Program-made: the position numbers and the translations under genes
Notes under the pieces: generated by a model
Told to the model about the DNA's origin: nothing
What the model saw: only the letters and a program-made list of their open reading frames with translations
Database searches by the model: none
Shown here: positions 47,689 to 57,681 of the stretch, one piece after another
Position numbering within the stretch: the first letter of the stretch is position 1
Layout of the letters: every line of letters starts with the position of its first letter
Sequence record: LC819009.1
Strand: one strand, 5' to 3'
Length of the DNA stretch: 64,000 bases

Positions 47689-48578
47689 TACTGCATCTCC
47701 TCTTCGGCTTTGTTGATTTTGTAAATCAAGCCTTCCGACTTATCGCGCAGGAGTTTGATCTCCTTCTCGACTTGCGGGTTGGACTTGCCGGCTTGCGCTT
47801 CTTCCAGCAGCAAAATACGCGACTGGATGCGACGCAGGTCTTCCTGCGCCTCTTTGTAGCGCCATGCCTGGAACTCGACGATCCACTTGCCGATATGGAA
47901 GAACGGGTTCAGGCTGACCGGGATGAAACCCATTTTGAACGGGTCCATCTTCAGACGGCCGAAGAGCGCGTTGTTGTCGTCGCTTTCCACGTCGACCTTC
48001 ACGTTCGGGATCTCGTCGAACTTCGACTTGAACTTGTCGTCCGACAGCGCTTCGAGGGTTTCCAGGAAGAACGGGAAACGTGCGTCGACCCAGGCAGCTT
48101 CGCCCTTGGACATGTTTTCCTTCTGGTAGTCCTCGTACATGCCGATGGCTTCGGTTTCGTAGATCGTGACTGCCTCGACGAACTTGCGCAGGAAACGATT
48201 CAGGAACGAAGCGTTGTCCACCAGTTGCATCATGACAGCCGAGCGATGATCGATCGTTGCCTGCGATACCGTTTCGGGCATCGACTTGCGGATTTCCTGA
48301 GCCAGGATATCCAGGTTCTTCTGAACCTTGTGCAGACGATCCTTCAGGTCTTCGATCACGCTCGCGTTGCGTCCCAGACGGAATGCTTCGCGATACTTCT
48401 CTTCGTAACCGAGGACCATCTCCGACTTGGCCTTGCGGGTTTTGAACGCCGCAGCAGCGGTGTTGTAGATCGGCATGACCTTGGTGCTCAGATCTTGCTG
48501 AACCACTTCCAGCGAGGCCAGTACTTCATCCTTGCTGGTCACACCTTTGAGCGACTTGACGTATGCGTTGATATTCAT
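47688..48578 (-). CDS. Virion structural protein (phiKZ gp90 position)
   Basis: 296 aa; GFIPV..NP.FHIG motif and C-terminal coiled coil; synteny. Confidence 0.65.
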   Translation of the reverse strand: MNINAYVKSLKGVTSKDEVLASLEVVQQDLSTKVMPIYNTAAAAFKTRKAKSEMVLGYEEKYREAFRLGRNASVIEDLKDRLHKVQKNLDILAQEIRKSMPETVSQATIDHRSAVMMQLVDNASFLNRFLRKFVEAVTIYETEAIGMYEDYQKENMSKGEAAWVDARFPFFLETLEALSDDKFKSKFDEIPNVKVDVESDDNNALFGRLKMDPFKMGFIPVSLNPFFHIGKWIVEFQAWRYKEAQEDLRRIQSRILLLEEAQAGKSNPQVEKEIKLLRDKSEGLIYKINKAEEEMQ

Positions 48579-48594
48579 GTTGGCGGCCTTGCTG

Positions 48595-49695
48595 TTAGAA
48601 GCTCGGAGCGTTGCCGAGCTGGTAAGCTTTCAGAATATCGGTGATCGAGGCGCTTTCCTTCTGGTTGGCCGCCTTGCACTCGCGGATCGACAGATCCGAC
48701 ACCGACGGGATACCGGTCGTGTAGAACTGCACACGGTCGTATTCCGTATCCATCACGGCCACGATGAACAGCCCCGTTGCATCGAACAGCTTCTGGCGAG
48801 CCTTGAAGTTGCTGAACTTGTCGTTCATCGCCAGTTCGACCTTCTTGATGGTTTCCGTCGTGGTCACCACCAGGTTCGTCGAGTTTGCCACCGACGGGTT
48901 GAGCGAGAGCAGGCCGGAGAGCTTGTTGCCACGACGCTGGTTGGCCAGTGCCGTGTAAACGCCCGACTTGTCTTGCATCAGGTTCTTCTTGTGTTCCTTC
49001 ACGAGATCGCGTGCCGTGAGCAGATCGACCAGATTGATCTGACCGCTGCGGTACTTGATCCAGCGCGTGGACACGTCATTGTCGACATGGCCCGTCGAGA
49101 GCAGCTGCGAGAGCAGATCCGGAACCATCGTCGATGCTTGCAGACGAATGAGAACCGGGAGCGTGCCCTTGTTGCCGCCAGCGGAGATCTGGACTTCCAG
49201 CAGCTTGCCGACAGACAGGTTGCTCGCTTCCTTGATCACTTCCGTCGAACGCGATGCCAGACCACCCGGTTCCGAGATTTCATTCTCGCCACCGAGCATC
49301 TGCGAAGCTTCGTTCGAAATCGACTTGAACGACGGCAAACGATGCTTGAAGCTTTCGTTGGACATCGTCCAGATTGCACCGGCAGTGTCGATGGCGCTGT
49401 CTTTCGGATTGCGGTTGGGATTGAGCTTGTCCAGGTGACGAGCCACTGCGATGTTGTCGATGCTTGCCTGGAGCATGTTCCAGGACAGCAGATAGTATGC
49501 CGAAAAAGCCGAATGCAGTGACTGGGTCACTGTGGGCGTATTTTCGTTGAAGAGCACACTGGAGTCGACGATCATCAGGGGTTCGACGCGGACATTGCGC
49601 GTGTAGTCGACGTACGAATCGGCAGTGCCGGAACGCATTGCGTCGATTACTTTGCCAGCGGTAACGAGGCCGGCTTCTCCAAGCTTTTCAAGCAT
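48595..49695 (-). CDS. Virion structural protein (phiKZ gp89 position)
   Basis: RVEPLMIVD, NLSVGKLLEV, SNE sites; GAGG RBS before ATG 49695. Confidence 0.65.
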   Translation of the reverse strand: MLEKLGEAGLVTAGKVIDAMRSGTADSYVDYTRNVRVEPLMIVDSSVLFNENTPTVTQSLHSAFSAYYLLSWNMLQASIDNIAVARHLDKLNPNRNPKDSAIDTAGAIWTMSNESFKHRLPSFKSISNEASQMLGGENEISEPGGLASRSTEVIKEASNLSVGKLLEVQISAGGNKGTLPVLIRLQASTMVPDLLSQLLSTGHVDNDVSTRWIKYRSGQINLVDLLTARDLVKEHKKNLMQDKSGVYTALANQRRGNKLSGLLSLNPSVANSTNLVVTTTETIKKVELAMNDKFSNFKARQKLFDATGLFIVAVMDTEYDRVQFYTTGIPSVSDLSIRECKAANQKESASITDILKAYQLGNAPSF

Positions 49696-49727
49696 GATTT
49701 TATTCCTCGGGATAACAGGACTTTTAA

Positions 49728-50996
49728 ATGGATAACAGATTAGATCTAACGATCGACCAGATCTATTCACTCGGGAAAAACGGGTCGGAGACCTTGCAAG
49801 CCGGGTTGGATCGAATCTACAATTCGACGCCTCTCGGTCCGTTGCCGAGTAACATGGTCAACACGATTTACGGTATCAACCACCGACAGACTCAGTTGGC
49901 TTTGCCTTTCAACCGCGACAATTATGGTTTAACATTCTTTACGCGGCCGAGGTTGAACCTGACCACAAACAACATTCGTTTTGTTCGGCAAATGTATCCG
50001 TTGTTGAACACGGAGCCACGGTCTATTCAGCGGATCATCCGTTGCCTGCTGGATCCCTCACTGGCCTATCCAGACACGCAATACACTCAGATCCAACCTG
50101 TCAAGTCGCCCTATGTGGACGACCTGAATATGTTTATTCCACTGCTGTCCAACCTCTGTCTGACTATTTCGGGGTGGCCTGATTACGTCGTCGATACGCA
50201 TACGACGCCCGAGGGTCACTACCGGGAATCGCACAGCATGGTCGACAGCAGTATTGAAGTTAAAAACACATACGAATTGTCGGCTTCCTTTCGGAACATA
50301 CCGAATAATCCGGTCACATTATTGTTTTATTTCTGGATCTTCTACGCATCGAAGGTCTTTGAAGGTGAAATGATTCCGTATGGCTCCTCGCTGTACGAAA
50401 ATGAGATCGATTACAACACCCGAATCTACCGTCTGGTGCTGGATCCGACCAAGCGTTACGTTCAGCATATCTTGTCGACCGGGGCGTCTTTCCCCCTCAA
50501 TGCGCCGGTTGGTGCGCTGGGTAACTTCGACCACGATCAGCCCTTCAATGAATCAGGGGATAACGTCAACATCCGCTTCCAATGTATCGGAATGGATTAC
50601 AACGATCCGATCCAGATTCAGGAGTTTAACTCCGCTGTGACGATCATGAATCCTGGCATGGGCGATGGTTACCGTGACCAGTTCTACATCAAGATTCCTT
50701 ACCAGATCCTCTCGTTCTTCAATATGCGTGGTTATCCTCGTATCGAGAAGAGCACGATGGAACTGGAATGGTACGTGTCCTACGCGATGTTCCAGTCGTA
50801 TGCCGCTCAGTTGAGTGACTTCGCCAATATCCAGGGCATGCGCAACCAGACATTCTTGCAATATATTTCCGCAGGCGACACCTCTAATTATAAGAAAGCC
50901 TTGGAAGACCTGGATACCGAGAACCTGAATCAGACGTTTAACGGCGGCATCATTAAAGCTGATGTCAACGCGAACTCTGGTTCCTCACAGACTTAA
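49728..50996 (+). CDS. Virion structural protein (phiKZ gp88 position)
   Basis: GLTFFTRPRLNL and NEIDYNTRIYRLVLD motifs; synteny. Confidence 0.65.
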   Translation: MDNRLDLTIDQIYSLGKNGSETLQAGLDRIYNSTPLGPLPSNMVNTIYGINHRQTQLALPFNRDNYGLTFFTRPRLNLTTNNIRFVRQMYPLLNTEPRSIQRIIRCLLDPSLAYPDTQYTQIQPVKSPYVDDLNMFIPLLSNLCLTISGWPDYVVDTHTTPEGHYRESHSMVDSSIEVKNTYELSASFRNIPNNPVTLLFYFWIFYASKVFEGEMIPYGSSLYENEIDYNTRIYRLVLDPTKRYVQHILSTGASFPLNAPVGALGNFDHDQPFNESGDNVNIRFQCIGMDYNDPIQIQEFNSAVTIMNPGMGDGYRDQFYIKIPYQILSFFNMRGYPRIEKSTMELEWYVSYAMFQSYAAQLSDFANIQGMRNQTFLQYISAGDTSNYKKALEDLDTENLNQTFNGGIIKADVNANSGSSQT

Positions 50997-51010
50997 CTGG
51001 AGCCATTTTA

Positions 51011-53929
51011 ATGGGCACTATCCGTGACATCATGAACGACGCGCTGGCGGCGTCCTATGACCCTAGCGGTCAGTTCAGAGCGTCGATGCGCACGCTCGTA
51101 GCAATCATGAATGGGGAGATCGATGACGTCTCTCCAGCCAACCCCGTGGTGATGACCATCGAGAACACGGGTGCGTTGATCGCGGCGTTCACTGAGAGCA
51201 TGCAGACTCAGACTCAGCGGCTCTTGCAGGTGAACGCTCTGACGCCTGAGGACCTCTATCCTCACATGGCGGACGTACACTTCACCAACATCTTCAATCT
51301 GCCGGCCAAGTCGACATTCACTCTGATTCTGGATAAGAAAGAGATCCTGAACCAGATGAAGCCGATTCCTGGCACGATGTCGAGCAAGGTGACGATTCCT
51401 CGCAACTCGTACTTTACGGTCTCGGATTACGTCTTCGGTATTCACTATCCGATCGATATCATCCAACAGGTGCATGGTGGAATTCGTGTTCAGTATGACA
51501 CGAGTATGCCGACTGCTCTGGAAGCGTTGTCGACCAACATCCTGAATACGCGTGAAGTTCAGCGTGACGGGGTGACGTATCTGGCAATCGACATCGACGT
51601 CTTCCAGTTCGACATTGCGAGTAAGACACCGGTAGTGACCCAAGGCACTACCTTCAGCTTCAACGTGGCGATCACGGATCTGTATTACGCGACCCGTGTC
51701 TACATGACGAATGCTGACGGCTCGTACTCCGAGATCCCGGTAACGTACAGCGAGAAGATCTATGATCCTCTCAAGCCGTGTGCTGTGGTGAAACTGAGTG
51801 ATGGGAACGTCAATGTTTCCATCCCGCAGATCTACATCAACCAGGACATCATCCTGGGCACGCTGCGCATCGATGTCTACACCACGAAGGGACCGCTCCA
51901 GACCGATTTCTCCAGTTTCGCTATTGGTTCGGTAGGCTACCGCTTCAGAGACCTCGATAAGAACGCTGTAACGACGTATACGGCCCCGATGACGCAGTTG
52001 GATACCTGCATCATACTGGCGGAGCAGCCCGTCTCTGGCGGCGCTCTGGCGATGACCTTCGACGAGTTGCGTACAGCCGTGATTGCCGACGCAATTGGTG
52101 ATCCGAACCTGCCGATCACGCCTGCCCAGATTCAGAACTTCATCACGCGTCTTGGCTACGACGTCATCAAGAATACCGACATCGTAACCGACCGTGTGTT
52201 CCTGGGCACGAAGAACATGCCGGACCCGACCGATCCGTCTTTGCTCACTGCTGCGAACGCTTCTATCGAAACGATGAATGCGGCGTTCACCGATCTGATT
52301 GGTAACTCGGCAGTGATCGACAACACGGCGGATTCGAACTCCATTACCTTGACGCCTAAGGCTATCTACCAGTTGGTCGATGGCATGCTCAAGCTGGTGG
52401 ACGACTCGACTCTTGCTTCGATCAATGCAATGCGCAGTGATCTGAAGGCAACTTACATCACCAATGGTGGTTTCCTCTATTCGCCGTATTACTACGTGCT
52501 GGATAAGAGCAACAACCAGTTCCGTCTTGCGCCTTACTACCTGGATAATCCTCAGGTGCTGTCGCAGACGTTCGTCGAAGACAACGAAGGCACGCTCCTG
52601 CAAGTCAACACCAACGGGTACACGCTGGTGAAGACGGACTCGGGCTACACGCTTCGTCTGACAGTCAAATCCAACGACGACTACAAGGCTTTGCAGGACA
52701 CGGACGTACAGTGTCTGCTGGGCTTTAAGTCGCCCACGGAAGAAGATCCCTGCTGGCTCACGGGTACGCTCTACGGAACGGATCCCACGAGCAAGGAACG
52801 GATCTGGGAATTCGATCTCTCGTCCAAGTTCGCTATGGACGTCACCGATCGGATTGACTTCCGTAACTTCAAGATGTACGACACGACCGACAAGACGATC
52901 TTCGCAAGCCTCACGCAAGACTTCACGGTTATCTACGCGACTCAATCGCAAATGGGTAACCTCTTCGTGCCTGGTCTGATCGACGCATTGCTTCCGCGTT
53001 ATCTGGTCGGCCTGAATAGCAAGGCGATCTGTCAGGAGAAGCTGACGCTGCAGTTCGGTCAAGCTTTGTCCAACCTCTGGGCACGTGCTCGTTCGGTTGC
53101 TTCCACGATCGAATACGAAACATACCCGACCGACGTTATCCTGCGTTACACGGACGACGTCTGGAAGGTGGATCCGGCAACCAACAGCACGATCTTCATG
53201 GTCGACGGCAAGCCGACGCGCATTCTCCTGCATGCGAAGAACGATCCGATTCTGGATGCTAATGGAAACCAACAGGTTCAGTATCCGGCTGGTTCGATCG
53301 TGTATGACTACACGCAGAATCCGCCCGTGCCGATCGTCAAGAACGTTCGTTATCTGAAACATCGCTTCGAGCTCTTCCTGATCGAAGGCGTCTATGCGTT
53401 CAGTAACGACGACATCGCTGTTGCCTATCGTAACACTGTTGCTCAGACGGTGGCTTCGTGGGTGACAACCGACATGGTGAACGTTCAGAAGGCTTCGATG
53501 GATAAGACGCGAGTCTACTTCTATCCGAAGACTATCTTCGGCACCATCGAGGTTGTGGTGGCCGATGGCATCATCCAGCAGATCTCGGCAGGTCAACGTT
53601 TCGACGTTGCTCTGACTGTGACCAAGGAAGTCTATCAGGACGACGTTAAACGTCAGCTGCTGACCAATCAGACGACGACGGTGATTGCCGCCTATCTGAA
53701 AGGCCAAACACTTTCCAACAGCGACATCGTGGAACAACTTCGTGCAAGTTATGGCGAAGACGTTCTGGATGCTCAGGTATCGCTCTTTGGTGATGCTGCG
53801 AACATTCCGGTGATGCAGTTGGTCAATGAAGTTCATTGTTGCGGTATTCGTAAACGACTGGTGTCGCGTGACGACAACAAGCTGGTCGTGCAGGAAGACA
53901 TTAACGTGACCTTCACGATGATTCAGTAA
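51011..53929 (+). CDS. Large virion structural protein, baseplate-wedge-like (phiKZ gp87 position)
   Basis: 972 aa; SPANPVVM and GGALAMTFDELR motifs; synteny. Confidence 0.7.
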   Translation: MGTIRDIMNDALAASYDPSGQFRASMRTLVAIMNGEIDDVSPANPVVMTIENTGALIAAFTESMQTQTQRLLQVNALTPEDLYPHMADVHFTNIFNLPAKSTFTLILDKKEILNQMKPIPGTMSSKVTIPRNSYFTVSDYVFGIHYPIDIIQQVHGGIRVQYDTSMPTALEALSTNILNTREVQRDGVTYLAIDIDVFQFDIASKTPVVTQGTTFSFNVAITDLYYATRVYMTNADGSYSEIPVTYSEKIYDPLKPCAVVKLSDGNVNVSIPQIYINQDIILGTLRIDVYTTKGPLQTDFSSFAIGSVGYRFRDLDKNAVTTYTAPMTQLDTCIILAEQPVSGGALAMTFDELRTAVIADAIGDPNLPITPAQIQNFITRLGYDVIKNTDIVTDRVFLGTKNMPDPTDPSLLTAANASIETMNAAFTDLIGNSAVIDNTADSNSITLTPKAIYQLVDGMLKLVDDSTLASINAMRSDLKATYITNGGFLYSPYYYVLDKSNNQFRLAPYYLDNPQVLSQTFVEDNEGTLLQVNTNGYTLVKTDSGYTLRLTVKSNDDYKALQDTDVQCLLGFKSPTEEDPCWLTGTLYGTDPTSKERIWEFDLSSKFAMDVTDRIDFRNFKMYDTTDKTIFASLTQDFTVIYATQSQMGNLFVPGLIDALLPRYLVGLNSKAICQEKLTLQFGQALSNLWARARSVASTIEYETYPTDVILRYTDDVWKVDPATNSTIFMVDGKPTRILLHAKNDPILDANGNQQVQYPAGSIVYDYTQNPPVPIVKNVRYLKHRFELFLIEGVYAFSNDDIAVAYRNTVAQTVASWVTTDMVNVQKASMDKTRVYFYPKTIFGTIEVVVADGIIQQISAGQRFDVALTVTKEVYQDDVKRQLLTNQTTTVIAAYLKGQTLSNSDIVEQLRASYGEDVLDAQVSLFGDAANIPVMQLVNEVHCCGIRKRLVSRDDNKLVVQEDINVTFTMIQ

Positions 53930-53940
53930 CATAGATGAAC

Positions 53941-53974
53941 CATACACACCTGGGCGTAAGCCCAGGTGTGTATG
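53941..53974. terminator. Bidirectional hairpin between convergent genes
   Basis: CATACACACCTGGGC-GTAA-GCCCAGGTGTGTATG; outer 9 bp identical to the 6181 hairpin. Confidence 0.8.
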
Positions 53975-53985
53975 TGCTCTTTCGT

Positions 53986-55770
53986 TTATTCGTCTTTTTT
54001 CTCTTGACCCGTCACGATGCGGAGAGCGTTCTCAGCTTCCGACGTGGACATGGTAATCGAAGGACGATCGTCATCTTCTTCATCCGCGCCACCGAACGAC
54101 ACCTTCAGGTGCTTAACGGAGACGAACGGCAGCATGTGTTGGTTGACTGTCGATTCCTGGGCTTCCTTACTCAGATCCGACAGATCATCCACGAGCTCTT
54201 CCAACGAAGGCGGAACCATCTCGCCCACCTTGTTGTAAAGCGCCACAAGACCAGCTGCGTTCTTCCTCAGCGTACTCACGACGTCTGCTGCGTTCTTGGT
54301 GACTTCCGTGTAAACACGGGAGATCTCCGCATACACACGCATCAAGCCGGCGTAGTTCTCCGTCAAGACGCGTTGCAGGCGAATGATCGATTCAGCTTGC
54401 GCTTTACGTTCCGGGCGCGAAGGATCACGCGCAGCAGTTTTCTGAAGACCGCGTGATGCGCCTTCGAGATGTTGCAGGGCAGGCTGGGACTTCTTCAGCA
54501 GTTCGATGAAGACGATCATGCCGCGCCAGTCTACTTCCTTCAGGCGACGCACACCGATCTGGTAACCAGAGAGCAGTTCTTCCAGATCGTTGAAGTTCGG
54601 CTCTTTCGAACCAGCTTCATGAATGCTGTTGCGAAGAGTCGATGCCCATTCGCCCGCCGTCATGAACGTGTGGGTGCCGATCTTGAATGCAGCTGGTCGT
54701 TCGTCGGAAATGGATGCCAACGAAAGAAGACCGGTGCGTTCCTTATCCCAACCTGCGCTGGGGGGTGCATTGCCTTGCGTGAAAGCAGACGTCGCTTCCT
54801 TGCCGGCAGCAAATGCTGCTTCGAGAGCGTCCAGTTCGGATGACATGATCTTGCTGTAGCTGTTGAAGCCTTCGAACGACGACGTGATGAGCGACATCGC
54901 ATCGCTACGTTCTTGAGCGAAAACAACACGAGCGTAACGGCTCGGCTTTCTCATGTACTCCAGAACTTCTTTGCCACCTTCAACGCCCATCAGTGCTTCG
55001 CCCAGGTCGATCTTCAGGAAGTGCTCGCGCTTTGCCTTCGGATCGATCTTGGTGTTGTCCAGCAGGTCGGGGATTTCAGCGATGATCTGGTCTTGAACCG
55101 ACACAGGCAGCGAGGACTTGCGGACTTCCTCGTGACTGATCGCATTGGGCATGCGAATGTTCAGTTCTTTACCCCGCGTAGCTCGGACCTTGCTGACGGT
55201 GCGATCGAGAACCTTCTCCTGCTTGTCCACTTTCTTCTCGGATTCACGGACACCCTGCTCCGCTTTCTCCAGAGAACCGCCGCCACTACCACCACTCGAT
55301 CCACCACCACTGCCAAACAGCCAGTTGATGAACTTATAGATGATGGCGACGAGGAAAGCCGCTGCTGCTGCGATCACCACCCACATCTGGGTCGAGAGGG
55401 CTTCGAGACTCGGCTCGTAGCCAACGCCCGAAACATCTTCGGTGAAGTAGTTGGGCTTGACGTGGGATTCGAGCGACGGAACGAGTTCCAGAAGCTCGTA
55501 AGCCATCCCACGACTCATGCCCTTGTTCTTCTTCATGCGGCGTTCCAGGTCAATCAGGCGATTGACGTAGGATTCGGTCGAGATGATCAGATCGATGTCG
55601 TCCTTCATCTCCGGGAACTGGTTAGCCAATTCCGGTTGCTTGAAGAAGTTCGTATCCGGCATCTCGAAGCCGCTGTTGGGACCGCCCTCAGCTGCGGACT
55701 GCATAGCCTGAGCGCGGATCTCCTCGTTGTCGTTGAACTTGTCCCACGTGAAAAGCGAATCACCACGCAT
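53986..55770 (-). CDS. Internal head protein with propeptide, hydrophobic helix and Gly/Ser linker
   Basis: SLE sites, MWVVIAAAAAFLVAIIYKFINWLF, GSGGGSSGGSGGGS. Confidence 0.65.
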   Translation of the reverse strand: MRGDSLFTWDKFNDNEEIRAQAMQSAAEGGPNSGFEMPDTNFFKQPELANQFPEMKDDIDLIISTESYVNRLIDLERRMKKNKGMSRGMAYELLELVPSLESHVKPNYFTEDVSGVGYEPSLEALSTQMWVVIAAAAAFLVAIIYKFINWLFGSGGGSSGGSGGGSLEKAEQGVRESEKKVDKQEKVLDRTVSKVRATRGKELNIRMPNAISHEEVRKSSLPVSVQDQIIAEIPDLLDNTKIDPKAKREHFLKIDLGEALMGVEGGKEVLEYMRKPSRYARVVFAQERSDAMSLITSSFEGFNSYSKIMSSELDALEAAFAAGKEATSAFTQGNAPPSAGWDKERTGLLSLASISDERPAAFKIGTHTFMTAGEWASTLRNSIHEAGSKEPNFNDLEELLSGYQIGVRRLKEVDWRGMIVFIELLKKSQPALQHLEGASRGLQKTAARDPSRPERKAQAESIIRLQRVLTENYAGLMRVYAEISRVYTEVTKNAADVVSTLRKNAAGLVALYNKVGEMVPPSLEELVDDLSDLSKEAQESTVNQHMLPFVSVKHLKVSFGGADEEDDDRPSITMSTSEAENALRIVTGQEKKDE

Positions 55771-55781
55771 GGCGGGTCACC

Positions 55782-56258
55782 TCACGAGAGCGAGATCTTG
55801 TTGCACTCGCGCAACTTGCAGATGAGCAGGTTGGCCAGTTGGAGAACCGACGATGCCTGCATGCCGACTTCCTTGATGGCGTTCCACACTTCGACCGGCA
55901 TGATCGGAGCGATGCCCAGCGCGGTAGCCAGGAATTCGAATTCCGGGTTCACGTTGTAGTCGCACGCTTCGCCGTTCAGGATACGGCTGCGCAGCAGGAA
56001 CATCATCTTCGCGGCTTCGCAAGCTGCTTGCACGTCGATGAGCATTTCTTCGTTCAGGAACGAGACCGTGCGCGCGACGTTTGCTGTGTGTGCATCTGCG
56101 AACACCGTCATCGGGTTCAGTTCGTTGCCGATCTTCGGAACGAGGTGGTTGCCGATTGCCATGCCGATGATGACCGGCAGGATCAGGCGACGCTTGGCGG
56201 AATCGGGCAGCATGAGGCTGACCTTGCCAGCGAATTCTTGGACTTCGAAATTCTGCAT
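55782..56258 (-). CDS. Hypothetical virion-cluster protein
   Basis: 158-aa ORF in the structural operon. Confidence 0.65.
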   Translation of the reverse strand: MQNFEVQEFAGKVSLMLPDSAKRRLILPVIIGMAIGNHLVPKIGNELNPMTVFADAHTANVARTVSFLNEEMLIDVQAACEAAKMMFLLRSRILNGEACDYNVNPEFEFLATALGIAPIMPVEVWNAIKEVGMQASSVLQLANLLICKLRECNKISLS

Positions 56259-56273
56259 GATGGTGACCTGTGG

Positions 56274-57584
56274 TTAAGCGTTACGGAACTTGTTTGCGTA
56301 GTAGAACAGCTTGTTGGACGCCATATCTTCGAGCTGTTGCTGGAATTCGATCTGTTTGCGTTTGTTGACGCCCGACGGAATCAGGTAGTCATAAACCAGG
56401 CCCACGAGTTGGGTATGGTCCTTGAAGTGATCGTTGGTCTTGTCGATGATCTCGATGTCTTCGCGAATGCGAGCCGAGTCTTCCTTCGTCAGGCCAGGTT
56501 CCTTCAGTTCGTTGATCAGGTCGTTGCGGATACGGATGAAACGACGACCTGCCTTGTCGTACCAGTCGTGATGGGCATCTGCCAGCAGGAGACCTGCGAG
56601 CAGCACGAACGTCGTGTAAGCGCCGTACACTTGACCGATTGCGATTTCGAAGATACCGAGCGCAAGCACACAGACCTTCACGAATTCCATGAAGAAGTAA
56701 CCGACCCAGCCGCGACGATAGATCGTACCCTTGTACATCTTGTCGAGCGCCGTCACGAGATCACGACCAGCGCCATGACGCGTTGCGAACTGATCCGACA
56801 GGGCTTCGAAGCTGTTGATGTCGTAGCCTTCCACGCCCGACTGGCTGCGGTTCTTGCGTGCCAGGTTCGAGATGATGACCGTGTAGATCGTCGTGTTGTT
56901 CTTGTTGCCGAGATCCTGAGCATCCAGATTCGTGATCGCCAGCATATCGCCAGCTTCCTTGATGATCAGCTCACGGCGACCATGATCGGTCGTACCATCC
57001 AGTTCGCGCACCATCGTGATGAGGATCTGGTTGGTCGTACGGAAACGGATCAGGTGTTCGAAGAACGACCACACGTGACCGACTTCATGCAGGATGATAG
57101 CCGAGAGTTCCGGGCTGGAATATTCGCGGCCGTCGAAGAGCTTGTAGAGCAGGCCCTTGTTGCCGTAGATCATCGCAGCGTTCAGGTACATCTTGATCGG
57201 CGGCAGTTCTGCCAGGTAGCCGTCCACCCAGCCTGCGTTCGTATCGATGAACGCACGCACTTCCTTGTTCTGGCTCTTGCGGATGTCGGCGAGCGAGCGC
57301 TTGGAGAGCGTCGTGTCCTTCCAGCCGTAGCCTTCGAGCAGCGGGCTGTTCTTGTCCAGATGCGGGGGTTCCGTCATCATGGGCATGTCGCTCACGCTGA
57401 TTTCGAAGTTGATGTTCGTGTTGTCCTTGATGCACTTGGCAACTGCGATCTCGAACTCGGTGCGAGTGTTACCGTCGCTCTTGGTACGGTACTTGTCGAT
57501 GATCGCCGTCATCTCGCGGTGGAAGCGATCGTTCTGGAACGAAATGCTCTCCGGCGAGTAGATGGGATTGATGGTGGTAAACAT
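56274..57584 (-). CDS. Virion protein with M48-like zinc metalloprotease motifs (phiKZ gp84 position)
   Basis: AIILHEVGH, FEALSDQFATRHG...LVTALDKM, hydrophobic hairpin. Confidence 0.65.
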   Translation of the reverse strand: MFTTINPIYSPESISFQNDRFHREMTAIIDKYRTKSDGNTRTEFEIAVAKCIKDNTNINFEISVSDMPMMTEPPHLDKNSPLLEGYGWKDTTLSKRSLADIRKSQNKEVRAFIDTNAGWVDGYLAELPPIKMYLNAAMIYGNKGLLYKLFDGREYSSPELSAIILHEVGHVWSFFEHLIRFRTTNQILITMVRELDGTTDHGRRELIIKEAGDMLAITNLDAQDLGNKNNTTIYTVIISNLARKNRSQSGVEGYDINSFEALSDQFATRHGAGRDLVTALDKMYKGTIYRRGWVGYFFMEFVKVCVLALGIFEIAIGQVYGAYTTFVLLAGLLLADAHHDWYDKAGRRFIRIRNDLINELKEPGLTKEDSARIREDIEIIDKTNDHFKDHTQLVGLVYDYLIPSGVNKRKQIEFQQQLEDMASNKLFYYANKFRNA

Positions 57585-57681
57585 GTTTTGGCCGACCTTT
57601 TGTCAACGGTAATTAAAAATCAGACGACACAATGTTGTGCCTGAAATTGTCCTACGCCTCATAAAAAAGGTGCGAAATAGA

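Noticed and set aside
7031-57644. Long antisense ORFs (e.g. 7031-8761, 12149-13687, 16611-18317, 32445-34745, 45727-47004, 51008-53947, 55839-57644)
   Set aside because: They mirror real genes on the opposite strand, lack RBSs and recognisable motifs, and are the expected shadow of strong codon bias.
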